A stretch of 64,000 nucleotides of DNA from the human T2T-CHM13v2.0 reference genome, Homo sapiens. The notes under the pieces are model-generated. The model saw only the letters and a program-made list of their open reading frames with translations, was not told the DNA's origin and ran no database searches. The DNA lies in NCBI RefSeq assembly GCF_009914755.1, contig NC_060943.1. One strand, written 5' to 3'. Made by a program: the position numbers and the translations under genes. Below, piece after piece: positions 39,301-52,900 of the stretch. How positions within the stretch are numbered: position 1 is the first letter of the stretch; every line of letters begins with the position of its first letter.

Positions 39301-41200
39301 TGCTCTGTGATGTGTGCGTTCAACTCTCAGAGTTTAACTTTTCTTTTCATTCAGCAGTTTGGAAACACTCTGTTTGTAAAGTCTGCACGTGGATATTTTG
39401 ACCACTTAGAGGCCTTCGTTGGAAACGGGTTTTTTTTTCATGTAAGGGTAGACAGAAGCATTCCCAGTAACTTCCTTGTGTTGTGTGCATTCAACTCACA
39501 GAGATGAACGTTCCCTTAGACAGAGCAGATTTGAGACACTCTATTTGTGCAATTTGCAAGTGTAGATTTCAAGCGCTTTAAGGTCAATGGCAGAAAAGGA
39601 AATATCTTCGTTTCAAAACTAGACAGAATCATTCCCACAAACTGCGTTGTGATGTGTTCGTTCAACTCACAGAGTTTAACCTTTCTGTTCATAGAGCAGT
39701 TAGGAAACACTCTGTTTGTAAAGTCTGTAAGTGGATATTCTGACATCTTGTGGCCTTCGTTGGAAAAGGGATTTCTTCATATTCTGCTAGACAGAAGAAT
39801 TCTCAGTAACTTCTTTGTGTTGTGTGTATTCAACTCACAGAGTTGAACGATCCTTTACACAGAGCAGACTTCAAACACTCTTTTTGTGGAATTTGCAAGT
39901 GGAGATTTCAGCCGCTTTGAGGTCAATGGTAGAATAGGAAATATCTTCCTATAGAAACTAGACAGAATGATTCTCAGAAACTCCTTTGTGATGTGTGCGT
40001 TCAACTCACAGAGTTTAACCTTTCGTTTCATAGAGCAGTTAGGAAACACTCTGTTTGTAAAGTCTGCAAGTGGATATTAAGACCTCTTTGAGGCCTTCGT
40101 TGGAAACGGGATTTCTTCATATTCTGCTAGACAGAAGAATTCTCAGTAACTTCCTTGTGTTGTGTGTATTCAACTCACAGAGTTGAACGATCCTTTACAC
40201 AGAGCAGTCTTGAAACACTCTTTTTGTGGAATTTGCAAGTGGAGATTTCTGCCGTTTTGAGGTCAATGGTAGAATAGGAAATATCTTCCTATAGAAACTA
40301 GACAGAATGATTCTCAGAAACTCCTTTGTGATGTGGGCGTTCAACTCACAGAGTTTAACCTTTCTTTTCATAGAGCAGTTAGGAAACACTCTGTTTGTAA
40401 AGTCTGCACGTGGATATTTGGACTTCTTTGAGGCCTTCGTTGGAAACGGGTTTTTTTCATGTAAGGCTAGACGGAAGAATTCTCAGTAACTTCTTTGTGT
40501 TGTGTGTATTCAACTGACAGAGTTGAACTTTCATTTAGAGAGAGCAGATTTGGAACACTGTTTTTGTGGAATTTGCAAGTGGAGATTTCAAGCGCTTTGG
40601 GGCCAAAGGCAGAAAAGGAAATATCTTCGTATAAAAACTAGACAGAATCATTCTCAGAAACTGCTCTGTGATGTGTGCGTTCAACTCTCAGAGTTTAACT
40701 TTTCTTTTCATTCAGCAGTTTGGAAACTCTCTGTTTGTAAAGTCTGCACGTGCATATTTTGAACACTTAGAGGCCTTCGTTGGAAACGGGTTTTTTTCAT
40801 GTAAGGCTAGACAGAAGAATTCCCAGTAACTTCCTTGTGTTGTGTGCATTCAACTCACAGAGATGAACGTTCCCTTAGACAGAGCAGATTTGAAACTCTC
40901 TATTTGTGCAATTTGCAAGTGTAGATTTCAAGCGCTTTAAGGTCAATGGCAGAAAAGGAAATATCTTCGTTTCAAAACTAGACAGAATCATTCCCACAAA
41001 CTGCGTTGTGATGTGTTCGCTCAACTCACAGAGTTTAACCTTTCTCTTCATAGAGCAGTTAGGAAACACTCTGTTTGTAAAGTCTGTAAGTGGATATTCT
41101 GTCATCTTTTGGCCTTCGTTGGAAACGGGATTTCTTCATATTCTGCTAGACAGAAGAATTCTCAGTAACTTCTTTGTGTTGTGTGTATTCAACTCACAGA
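33340..41200 (+). repeat. Tandem duplication: ~33340-36790 copied at ~37760-41200 (offset 4418-4420 bp, 26 monomers)
   Basis: ORF pairs 33363/37781, 34076/38494, 34887/39307, 36082/40502 and 36455/40875. Shared variants GATTTGGAACAC, TTCGCTCAAC, TTTCTCTTCATAG, GTCATCTTTTGGCC, TTTCGTTTCATAG and GCCGTTTTGAGG. Confidence 0.85.
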
Positions 41201-44200
41201 GTTGAACGATCCTTTACACAGAGCAGTCTTGAAACACTCTTTTTGTGGAATTTGCAAGTGGAGATTTCTGCCGCTTTGAGGTCAATGGTAGAATAGGAAA
41301 TATCTTCCTATAGAAACTAGACAGAATGATTCTCAGAAACTCCTTTGTGATGTGGGCGTTCAACTCACAGAGTTTAACCTTTCTTTTCATAGAGCAGTTA
41401 GGAAACACTCTGTTTGTAAAGTCTGCACGTGGATATTTGGACTTCTTTGAGGCCTTCGTTGGAAACGGGTTTTTTTCATGTAAGGCTAGACGGAAGAATT
41501 CTCAGTAACTTCCTTGTGTTGTGTGTATTCAACTGACAGAGTTGAACTTTCATTTAGAGAGAGCAGATTTGAAACACTGTTTTTGTGTAATTTGCAAGTG
41601 GAGATTTCAAGCGCTTTGGGGCCAAAGGCAGAAAAGGAAATATCTTCATATAAAAACTAGACAGAATCATTCTCAGAAACTGCTCTGTGATGTGTGCGTT
41701 CAACTCTCAGAGTTTAACTTTTCTTTTCATTCAGCAGTTTGGAAACACTCTGTTTGTAAAGTCTGCACGTGGATATTTTGACCACTTAGAGGCCTTCGTT
41801 GGAAACGGGTTTTTTTTCATGTAAGGCTAGACAGAAGCATTCCCAGTAACTTCCTTGTGTTGTGTGCATTCAACTCACAGAGATGAACGTTCCCTTAGAC
41901 AGAGCAGATTTGAAACACTCTATTTGTGCTATTTGCAAGTGTAGATTTCCAGCGCTTTAAGGTCAATGGCAGAAAAGGAAATATCTTCGTTTCAAAACTA
42001 GACAGAATCATTCCCACAAACTGCGTTGTGATGTGTTCGTTCAACTCACAGAGTTTAACCTTTCTGTTCATAGAGCAGTGAGGAAACACTCTGTTTGTAA
42101 AGTCTGTAAGTGGATATTCTGACATCTTGTGGCCTTCGTTGGAAACGGGATTTCTTCATATTCTGCTAGACAGAAGAATTCTCAGTAACTTCTTTGTGTT
42201 GTGTGTATTCAACTCACAGAGTTGAACGATCCTTTACACAGAGCAGACTTGAAACACTCTTTTTGTGGAATTTGCAAGTGGAGTTTTCAGCCGCTTTGAG
42301 GTCAATGGTAGAATAGGAAACATCTTCCTATAGAAACTAGACAGAATGATTCTCAGAAACTCCTTTGTGATGTGTGCGTTCAACTCACGGAGTTTAACCT
42401 TTCTTTTCATAGAGCAGTTAGGAAACACTCTGTTTGTAAAGTCTGCAAGTGGATATTCAGACCTCTTTGAGGCCTTCGTTTGAAACGGGATTTCTTCATA
42501 TTCTGATAGACAGAAGAATTCTCAGTAACTTCCTTGTGTTGTGTGTATTCAACTCACAGAGTTGAACGATCCTTTACACAGAGCAGTCTTGAAACACTCT
42601 TTTTGTGGAATTTGCAATTGGAGATTTCTGCCGCTTTGAGGTCAATGGTAGAATAGGAAATATCTTCCTATAGAAACTAGACAGAATGATTCTCAGAAAC
42701 TCCTTTGTGATGTGGGCGTTCAACTCACAGAGTTTAACCTTTCTTTTCATAGAGCAGTTAGGAAACACTCTGTTTGTAACGTCTGCACGTGGATATTTGG
42801 ATTTCTTTGAGGCCTTCGTTGGAAACGGGATTTTTTCATGTAAGGCTAGACACAGGAATTCTCAGTAACTTCCTTGTGTTGTGTGTATTCAACTGACAGA
42901 GTTGAACTTTCATTTAGAGAGAGCAGATTTGAAACACTGTTTTTGTGGAATTTGCAAGTGGAGATTTCAAGGGCTTTGGGGCCAAATGCAGAAAAGGAAA
43001 TATCTCCGTATAAAAACTAGACAGAGTCATTCTCAGAAACTGCTCTGTGATGTGTGCGTTCAACTCTCAGAGTTTAACTTTTCTTTTCATTCAGCAGTTT
43101 GGAAACACTCTGTTTGTAAAGTTTGCACGTGGACATTGTGACCACTTAGAGGCCTTCGTTGGAAACGGGTTTTTTTCATGTAAGGCTAGACAGAAGAATT
43201 CCCAGTAACTTCCTTGTGTTGTGTGCAGTCAACTCACAGAGATGAACGTTCCCTTAGACAGAGCAGATTTGAAACACTCTATTTGTGCAATTTGCAAGTG
43301 TAGATTTCAAGCGCTTTAAGGTCAATGGCAGAAAAGGAAATATTTTCGTTTCAAAACTAGACAGAATCATTCCCACAAACTGCGTTGTGATGTGTTCATT
43401 CAACTCACAGAGTTTAACCATTCTTTTCATAGAGCGGTTAGGAAACACTCTGTTTATAAAGTCTGCAAGTGGATATTCAGACCTTTTGAGGCCTTCGTTG
43501 GAAACGGGATTTCTTCATATGATGCTAGACAGAAGAATTCTCAGTAACTTCCTTGTGTTGTGTGTATTCAACTCACAGAGTTGAACGATCCTTTACACAG
43601 AGCAGTCTTGAAACACTCTTTTTGTGGAATTTGCAAGTGGAGATTTCTGACGCTTTGAGGTCAATGGTAGAATAGGAAATATCTTCCTATAGAAACTAGA
43701 CAGAATGATTCTCAGAAACTCCTTTGTGATGTGTGCGTTCATCTCACAGAGTTTAACCTTTCTTTTCATAGAGCAGTTAGGAAACGCTCTGTTTGTAAAG
43801 TCTGCACGTGGATATTTGGACTTCTTTGAGGCCTTCGTTGGAAACGGGTTTTTTTCATGTAAGGCTAGACGTAGGAATTCTCAGTAACTTCCTTGTGTTG
43901 TGTGTATTCAACTGACAGAGTTGAACTTTCATTTAGAGAGAGCAGATTTGAAACACTGTTTTTGTGGAATTTGCAAGTGGAGATTTCAAGCGCTTTGGGG
44001 CCAAAGGCAGAAAAGGAAATACCTTCGTATAAAAACTAGACAGAATCATTCTCAGAAACCGCTCTGTGATGTGTGCGTTCAACTCGCAGAGTTTAACTTT
44101 TCTTTTCATTCAGCAGTTTGGAAACACTCTGTTTGTAAAGTCTGCACGTGGATATTTTGACCACTTAGAGGCCTTCGTTGGAAACGGGTTTTTTTTCATG

Positions 44201-45232
44201 TAAGGCTAGACAGAAGAATTCCCAGTAACTTCTTGTGTTGTGTGCATTCAACTCACAGAGATGAACGTTCCCTTAGACAGAGCAGATTTGAATCACTCTA
44301 TTTGTGCAATTTGCAAGTGTAGATTTCAAGCGTTTTAAGGTCAATGGCAGAAAAGGAAATATCTTCGTTTCAAAACTAGACAGAATCATTCCCACAAACT
44401 ACGTTGTGATGTGTTCGTTCAACTCACAGAGTTTAACCTTTCTGTTCATAGAGCAGTGAGGAAACACTCTGTTTGTAAAGTCTGTAAGTGGATATTCTGA
44501 CATCTTTTGGCCTTCGTTGGAAACGGGATTTCTTCATATTCTGCTAGACAGAAGAATTCTCAGTAACTTCTTTGTGTTGTGTGTATTCAACTCACAGAGT
44601 TGAACGATCCTTTACACAGAGCAGACTTGAAACACTCTTTTTGTGGAATTTGCAAGTGGAGATTTCAGCCGCTTTGAGGTCAATGGTAGAATAGGAAATA
44701 TCTTCCTATAGAAACTAGACAGAATGATTCTCAGAAACTCCTTTGTGATGTGTGCGTTCAACTCACAGAGTTTAACCTTTATTTCATAGAGCAGTTAGGA
44801 AACACTCTGGTTGTAAAGTCTGCAAGTGGATATTAAGACCTCTTTGAGGCCTTCGTTGGAAAAGGGATTTCTTCATATTTTGCTAGACAGAAGAATTCTC
44901 AGTAACTTCCTTGTGTTGTGTGTATTCAACTCACAGAGTTGAACGATCCTTTACACAGAGCAGTCTTGAAACACTCTTTTTGTGGAATTTGCAAGTGGAG
45001 ATTTCTGCCGCTTTGGGGCCAAAGGCAGAAAAGGAAATATCTTCGTATAAAAACTAGACAGAATCATTCTCAGAAACCGCTCTGTGATGTGTGCGTTCAA
45101 CTCTCAGAGTTTAACTTTTCTTTTCATTCAGCAGTTTGGAAACACTCTGTTTGTAAAGTCTGCACGTGGATATTTTGACCACTTAGAAGCCTTCGTTGGA
45201 GACGGGTTTTTTTCATGTAAGGCTAGACAGAA

Positions 45233-46931
45233 GAATTCCCAGTAACTTCCTTGTGTTGTGTGTATTCAACTCACAGAGTTCAACGATCCTTTACAGAGAG
45301 CAGACTTGAAACACTCTTTTTGTGGAATTTGCAAGTGGAGATTTCAGCTGCTTTGAGGTCAATGGTAGAAAAGGAAACATCTTCGTATAAAAACTAGACA
45401 GAATGATTGTCAGAAACTCCTTTGTGATGTGTGCGTTCAACTCACAGAGTTTAACCTTTCTTTTCATAGAGCAGTTAGGAAACACTGTGTTGTTAAAGTC
45501 TGCAAGTGGATATTCAGACCTCCTTGAGGCCTTCGTTGGAAATGGGATTTCTTCATATTCTGCTAGACAGAAGAATTCTCAGTAACTTCCTTGTGTTGTG
45601 TGTATTCAACTCACAGAGTTGAACGATCCTTTACACAGAGCAGACTTGAAACACTCTTTCTGTGGAATTTGCAAGTGGAGATTTCAGCCGCTTTGAGGTC
45701 AATGGTAGAATAGGAAATATCTTCCTATAGAAACTAGACAGAATGATTCTCAGAAACTCCTTTGTGATGTGTGCGTTCAACTCACAGAGTTTAACCTTTC
45801 TTTTCATAGAGCAGTTAGGAAACACTCTGTTTGTAAAGACTGCAAGTGGATATTCAGACCTCCTTGAGGCCTTCGTTGGAAACGGGATTTCTTCATATTA
45901 TGCTAGACAGAAGAATTCTCAGTGACTTCCTTGTGTTGTGTGTATTCAACTCACAGAGTTGAACGATCCTTTACACAGAGCAGACTTGAAACACTCTTTT
46001 TGTGGAATTTGCAAGTGGAGATTTCAGCCGCTTTGAGGTCAATGGTAGAATAGGAAATATCTTCCTATAGAAACTAGACAGAATGATTCTCAGAAACTCC
46101 TTTGTGATGTGTGCGTTCAACTCACAGAGTTTAACCTTTCTTTTCATAGAGCAGTTAGGAAACACTCTGTTTGTAAAGTCTGCAAGTGGATATTCAGAAC
46201 TCTTTGAGGTCTTCGTTGGAAACGGGATTTCTTCATATTCTGCTAGACAGAAGAATTCTGAGTAACTTCCTTGTGTTGTGTGTATTCAACTCACAGAGTT
46301 CAACGATCCTTTACACAGAGCAGACTTGAAACACCCTTTTGTGGAATTTGCAAGTGGAGATTTCAGCCGCTTTGAGGTCAATTGTAGAAAACGAAATATC
46401 TTCGTATAAAAATTAGACAGAATGATTCTCAGAAACTCCTTTGTGATGTGTGCATTCAACTCACAGAGTTTAACCATTCTTTTCATAGAGCAGTTAGGAA
46501 ACACTCTGTTTGTAAAGACTGCAAGTGGATATTCAGACCTCCTTGAGGCCTTCGTTGGAAACGGGACTTCTTCATATTATGCTACACAGAAGAATTCTCA
46601 GTAACTTCCTTGTGTTGTGTGTATTCAACTCACAGAGTTGAACGATCCTTTACACAGAACATACTTGAAACACTCTTTTTGTGGAATTTGCAAGTGGAGA
46701 TTTCAGCCGCTTTGAGGTCAATGGTAGAATAGGAAATATCTTCCTATAGAAACTAGACAGAATGATTCTCAGAAACTCCTTTGTGATGTGTGCGTTCAAC
46801 TCACAGAGTTTAACCTTTCTTTTCATAGAGCAGTTAGGAAACACTCTGGTTGTAAAGTCTGCAAGTGGATATTAAGACCTCTTTGAGGCCTTCGTTGGAA
46901 ACGGGATTTCTTCATATTCTGCTAGACAGAA
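45233..46931 (+). repeat. Run of five diverged D-type dimers (copy 1)
   Basis: Dimers start at 45233, 45573, 45913, 46253 and 46592, directly after an A dimer with no B. Variants include GACCTCCTTGAGG, CATATTATGCT, GTAAAGACTGC and AAAGGAAACATCTTCGTAT. Confidence 0.88.
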
Positions 46932-49900
46932 CAATTCTCAGTAACTTCCTTGTGTTGTGTGTATTCAACTCACAGAGTTGAACGATCCTTTACACAGAGC
47001 AGTCTTGAAACACTCTTTTTGTGGAATTTGCAAGTGGAGATTTCTGCCGCTTTGAGGTCAATGGTAGAATAGGAAATATCTTCCTATAGAAACTAGACAG
47101 AATGATTCTCAGAAACTCCTTTGTGATGTGGGCGTTCAACTCACAGAGTTTAACCTTTCTTTTCATAGAGCAGTTAGGAAACACTCTGTTTGTAAAGTCT
47201 GCAAGTGGATACTTGGACTTCTTTGAGGCCTTCGTTGGAAACGGGTTTTTTTCATGTAAGGCTAGACAGAAGAATTCTCAGTAACTTCCTTGTGTGGTGT
47301 GTATTCAACTGACAGAGTTGAACTTTCATTTAGAGAGAGCAGATTTGAAACACTGTTTTTGTGGAATTTGCAAGTGGAGATTTCAAGCGCTTTGGGGCCA
47401 AAGGCAGAAAAGGAAATATCTTCGTATAAAAACTAGACAGAATCATTCTCTGAAACTGCTCTGTGATGTGTGCGTTCAACTCTCAGAGTTTAACTTTTCT
47501 TTTCATTCAGCAGTTTGGAAACACTCTGTTTGTAAAGTCTGCACGTGGATATTTTGACTACTTAGAGGCCTTCGTTGGAAACGGGTTTTTTTCATGTAAG
47601 GCTAGACAGAAGAATTCCCAGTAACTTCCTTGTGTTGTGTGCATTCAACTCACAGAGATGAACGTTCCCTTAGACAGAGCAGATTTGAAACACTCTATTT
47701 GTGCAATTTGCAAGTGTAGATTTCAAGCGCTTTAAGGTCAATGGCAGAAAAGGAAATATCTTCGTTTCAAAACTAGACAGAATCATTCCCACAAACTGCG
47801 TTGTGATGTGTTCGTTCAACTCACAGAGATTAACCTTTCTGTTCATAGAGCAGTGAGGAAACACTCTGTTTGTAAAGTCTGTAAGTGGATATTCTGACAT
47901 CTTGTGGCCTTCGTTGGAAACGGGATTTCTTCATATTCTGCTAGACAGAAGAATTCTCAGTAACTTCTTTGTGTTGTGTGTATTCAACTCACAGAGTTGA
48001 ACGATCCTTTACACAGAGCAGACTTGAAACACTCTTTTTGTGGAATTTGCAAGTGGAGATTTCAGCCGCTTTGAGGTCAATGGTAGAATAGGAAATATCT
48101 TCCTATAGAAACTAGACAGAATGATTCTCAAAAACTCCTTTGTGAGGTGTGCGTTCAACTCACAGAGTTTAACCTTTCTTTTCATAGAGCAGTTAGGAAA
48201 CACTCTGTTTGTAAAGTCTGCACGTGGATATTTGGACTTCTTTGAGGCCTTCGTTGGAAACGGGTTTTTTTCATGTAAGGCTAGACAGAAGAATTCTCAG
48301 TAACTTCCTTGTGTTGTGTGTATTCAACTCACAGAGTTGAACTTTCATTTAGAGAGAGCAGATTTGAAACACTGTTTCTGTGGAATTTCCAAGTGGAGAT
48401 TTAAAGCGCTTTGGGGCCAAAGGCAGAAAAGGAAATATCTTCGTATAAAAACTAGACAGAATCATTCTCAGAAACCGCTCTGTGATGTGTGCGTTCAACT
48501 CTCAGAGTTTAACCTTTCTTTTCATAGAGCAGTTAGGAAACACTCTGTTTGTAAAGTCTGCACGTGGATATTTTGACCACTTAGACGCCTTCTTTTGAAA
48601 CGGGTTTTTTTTCATGTAAGGCTAGACAGAAGCATTCCCAGTAACTTCCTTGTGTTGTGTGCATTCAACTCACAGAGATGAACGTTCCCTTAGACAGAGC
48701 AGATTTGAAACACTCTATTTGTGCAATTTGCAAGTGTAGATTTCAAGCGCTTTAAGGTCAACGGCAGAAAAGGAAATATCTTCGTTTCAAAACTAGACAG
48801 AATCATTCCCACAAACTGCGTTGTGATGTGTTCGTTCAACTCACAGAGTTTAACCTTTCTGTTCATAGAGCAGTTAGGAAACACTCTGTTTGTAAAGTCT
48901 GTAAGTGGATACTCTGACATCTTGTGGCCTTCGTAGGAAACGGGATTTCTTCATATTCTGCTAGACAGAAGAATTCTCAGTAACTTCTTTGTGTTGTGTG
49001 TATTCAACTCACAGAGTTGAACGATCCTTTACACAGAGCAGACTTGAAACACTCTTTTTGTGGGGTTTGCAAGTGGAGATTTCTGCCGCTTTGAGGTCAA
49101 TGGTAGAATAGGAAATATCTTCCTATAGAAAATATACAGAATGATTCTCAGAAACTCCTTTGTGATGTGTACGTTCAACTCACAGAGTTTAACCTTTCTT
49201 TTCATAGAGCAGTTAGGAAACACTCTATTTGTAAAGTCTGCAAGTGGATATTAAGACCTCTTTGAGGTCTTCGTTGGAAACGGGATTTCTTCATATTCTG
49301 CTAGACAGAAGAATTCTCAGTAACTTCCTTGTGTTGTGTGTATTCAACTCACAGAGTTGAACGATCCTTTACACAGAGCAGCCTTGAAACACTCTTTTTG
49401 TGGAATTTGCAAGTGGAGATTTCTGCCGCTTTGAGGTCAATGGTAGAATAGGAAATATCTTCCTATAGAAACTAGACAGAATGATTCTCAGAAACTCCTT
49501 TGTGATGTGGGCGTTCAACTCACAGAGTTTAACCTTCCTTTTCATAGAGCAGTTAGGAAACACTCTGTTTGTAATGTCTACACGTGGATATTTGGATTTC
49601 TTTGTGGCCTTCGTTGGAAACGGGATTTTTTCATGTAAGGCTAGACGGAAGAATTCTCAGTAACTTCCTTGTGTTGTGTGTATTCAACTGACAGAGTTGA
49701 ACTTTCATTTAGAGAGAGCAGATTTGAAACACTGTTTTTGTGGAATTTGCAAGTGGAGATTTCAAGCGCTTTGGGGCCAAAGGCAGAAAAGGAAATATCT
49801 TCGTATAAAAACTAGACAGAATCATTCTCAGAAACCGCTCTGTGATGTGTGCGTTCAACTCTCAGAGTTTAACTTTTCTTTTCATTCAGCAGTTTGGAAA

Positions 49901-52900
49901 CACTCTGTTTGTAAAGTCTGCACGTGGATATTTTGACCACTTAGAGGCCTTCGTTGGAAACGGGTTTTTTTTCACGTAAGGCTAGACAGAAGTATTCCCA
50001 GTAACTTCCTTGTGTTGTGTGCATTCAACTCACAGAGATGAACGTTCCCTTAGACAGAGCAGATTTGAAACACTCTATTTGTGCAATTTGCAAGTGTAGA
50101 TTTCAAGCGCTTTAAGGTCAATGGCAGAAAAGGAAATATCTTCGTTTCAAAACTAGACAGAATCATTCCCACAAACTACGTTGTGATGTGTTCGTTCAAC
50201 TCACAGAGTTTAACCTTTCTGTTCATAGAGCAGTTAGGAAACACTCTGTTTGTAAAGTCTGTAAGTGGATATTCTGACATCTTGTGGCCTTCGTTGGAAA
50301 CGGGATTTCTTCATATTCTGCTAGACAGAAGAATTCTCAGTAACTTCTTTGTGTTGTGTATTCAACTCACAGAGTTGAACGATCCTTTACACAGAGCAGA
50401 CTTGAAACACACTTTTTGTGGAATTTGCAAGTGGAGATTTCAGCCGCTTTGAGGTCAATGGTAGAATAGGAAATATCTTCCAATAGAAACTAGACAGAAT
50501 GATTCTCAGAAACTCCTTTGTGATGTGTGCGTTCAACTCACAGAGTTTAACCTTTCTTTTCATAGAGCAGTTAGGAAACACTCTGTTTGTAAAGTCTGCA
50601 AGTGGATATTAAGACCTCTTTGAGGCCTTCGTTGGAAACGGGATTTCTTCATATTCTGCTAGACAGAAGAATTCTCAGTAACTTCCTTGTGTTGTGTGTA
50701 TTCAACTCACAGAGTTGAACGATCCTTTACACAGAGCAGTCTTGAAACACTCTTTTTGTGGAATTTGCAAGTGGAGATTTCTACCGCTTTGAGGTCAATG
50801 GTAGAATAGGAAATATCTTCCTGTAGAAACTAGACAGAATGATTCTCAGAAACTCCTTTGTGATGTGGGCGTTCAACACACAGAGTTTAACCTTTCTTTT
50901 CATAGAGCAGTTAGGAAACACTCTGTTTGTAAAGTCTGCACGTGGATATTTGGACTTCTTTGAGGCCTTCGTTGGAAACGGGTTTTTTTCATGTAAGGCT
51001 AGACGGAAGAATTCTCAGTAACTTCCTTGTGTTGTGTGTATTCAACTGACAGAGTTGAACTTTCATTTAGAGAGAGCAGATTTGAAACACTGTTTTTGTG
51101 GAATTTGCAAGTGGAGATTTCAAGCACTTTGGGGCCAAAGGCAGAAAAGGAAATATCTTCGTATAAAAACTAGACAGAATCATTCTCAGAAACCGCTCTG
51201 TGATGTGTGCGTTCAACTCGCAGAGTTTAACTTTTCTTTTCATTCAGCAGTTTGGAAACACTCTGTTTGTAAAGTCTGCACGTGGATATTTTGACCACTT
51301 AGAGGCCTTCGTTGGAAACGGGTTTTTTTTCATGTAAGGCTAGACAGAAGAATTCCCAGTAACTTCCTTGTGTTGTGTGCATTCAACTCACAGAGATGAA
51401 TGTTCCCTTAGACAGAGCAGATTTGAAACACTCTATTTGTGCAATTTGCAAGTGTAGATTTCAAGCGCTTTAAGGTCAATGGCAGAAAAGGAAATATCTT
51501 CGTTTCAAAACTAGACAGAATCATTCCCACAAACTGCGTTGTGATGTGTTCGTTCAACTCACAGAGTTTAACCTTTCTGTTCATAGAGCAGTTAGGAAAC
51601 ACTCTGTTTGTAAAGTCTGTAAGTGGATATTCTGACATCTTGTGGCCTTCGTTGGAAACGGGATTTCTTCATATTCTGCTAGACAGAAGAATTCTCAGTA
51701 ACTTCTTTGTGTTGTGTGTATTCAACTCACAGAGTTGAACGATCCTTTACACAGAGCAGACTTCAAACACTCTTTTTGTGGAATTTGCAAGTGGAGATTT
51801 CAGCCGCTTTGAGGTCAATGGTAGAATAGGAAATATCTTCCTATAGAAACTAGACAGAATGATTCTCAGAAACTCCTTTGTGATGTGTGCGTTCAACTCA
51901 CAGAGTTTAACCTTTCTTTTCATAGAGCAGTTAGGAAACACTCTGTTTGTAAAGTCTGCAAGTGGATATTAAGACCTCTTTGAGGCCTTCGTTGGAAACG
52001 GGATTTCTTCATATTCTGCTAGACAGAAGAATTCTCAGTAACTTCCTTGTGTTGTGTGTATTCAACTCACAGAGTTGAACGATCCTTTACACAGAGCAGT
52101 CTTGAAACACTCTTTTTGTGGAATTTGCAAGTGGAGATTTCTGCCGCTTTGAGGTCAATGGTAGAATAGGAAATATCTTCCTATAGAAACTAGACAGAAT
52201 GATTCTCAGAAACTCCTTTGTGATGTGGGCGTTCAACTCACAGAGTTTAACCTTTCTTTTCATAGAGCAGTTAGGAAACACTCTGTTTGTAAAGTCTGCA
52301 CGTGGATATTTGGACTTCTTTGAGGCCTTCGTTGGAAACGGGTTTTTTCATGTAAGGCTAGACGGAAGAATTCTCAGTAACTTCCTTGTGTTGTGTGTAT
52401 TCAACTGACAGAGTTGAACTTTCATTTAGATAGAGCAGATTTGAAACACTGTTTTTGTGGAATTTGCAAGTGGAGATTTCAAGCGCTTTGGGGCCAAAGC
52501 AGAAAAGGAAATATCTTCGTATAAAAACTAGACAGAATCATTCTCAGAAACTGCTCTGTGATGTGTGCGTTCAACTCTCAGAGTTTAACTTTTCTTTTCA
52601 TTCAGCAGTTTGGAAACACTCTGTTTGTAAAGTCTGCACGTGGATATTTTGACCACTTAGAGGCCTTCGTTGGAAACGGGTTTTTTTTTCACGTAAGGCT
52701 AGACAGAAGCATTCCCAGTAACTTCCTTGTGTTGTGTGCATTCAACTCACAGAGATGAACGTTCCCTTAGACAGAGCAGATTTGAAACACTCTATTTGTG
52801 CAATTTGCAAGTGTAGATTTCAAGCGCTTTAAGGTCAATGGCTGAAAAGGAAATATCTTCGTTTCAAAACTAGACAGAATCATTCCCACAAACTGCGTTG

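Noticed and set aside
50081-50452. Longest ORF (123 aa)
   Set aside because: It arises from a 2-bp GT deletion at ~50355 (GTGTTGTGTATTC instead of GTGTTGTGTGTATTC) that fuses two spurious frames.
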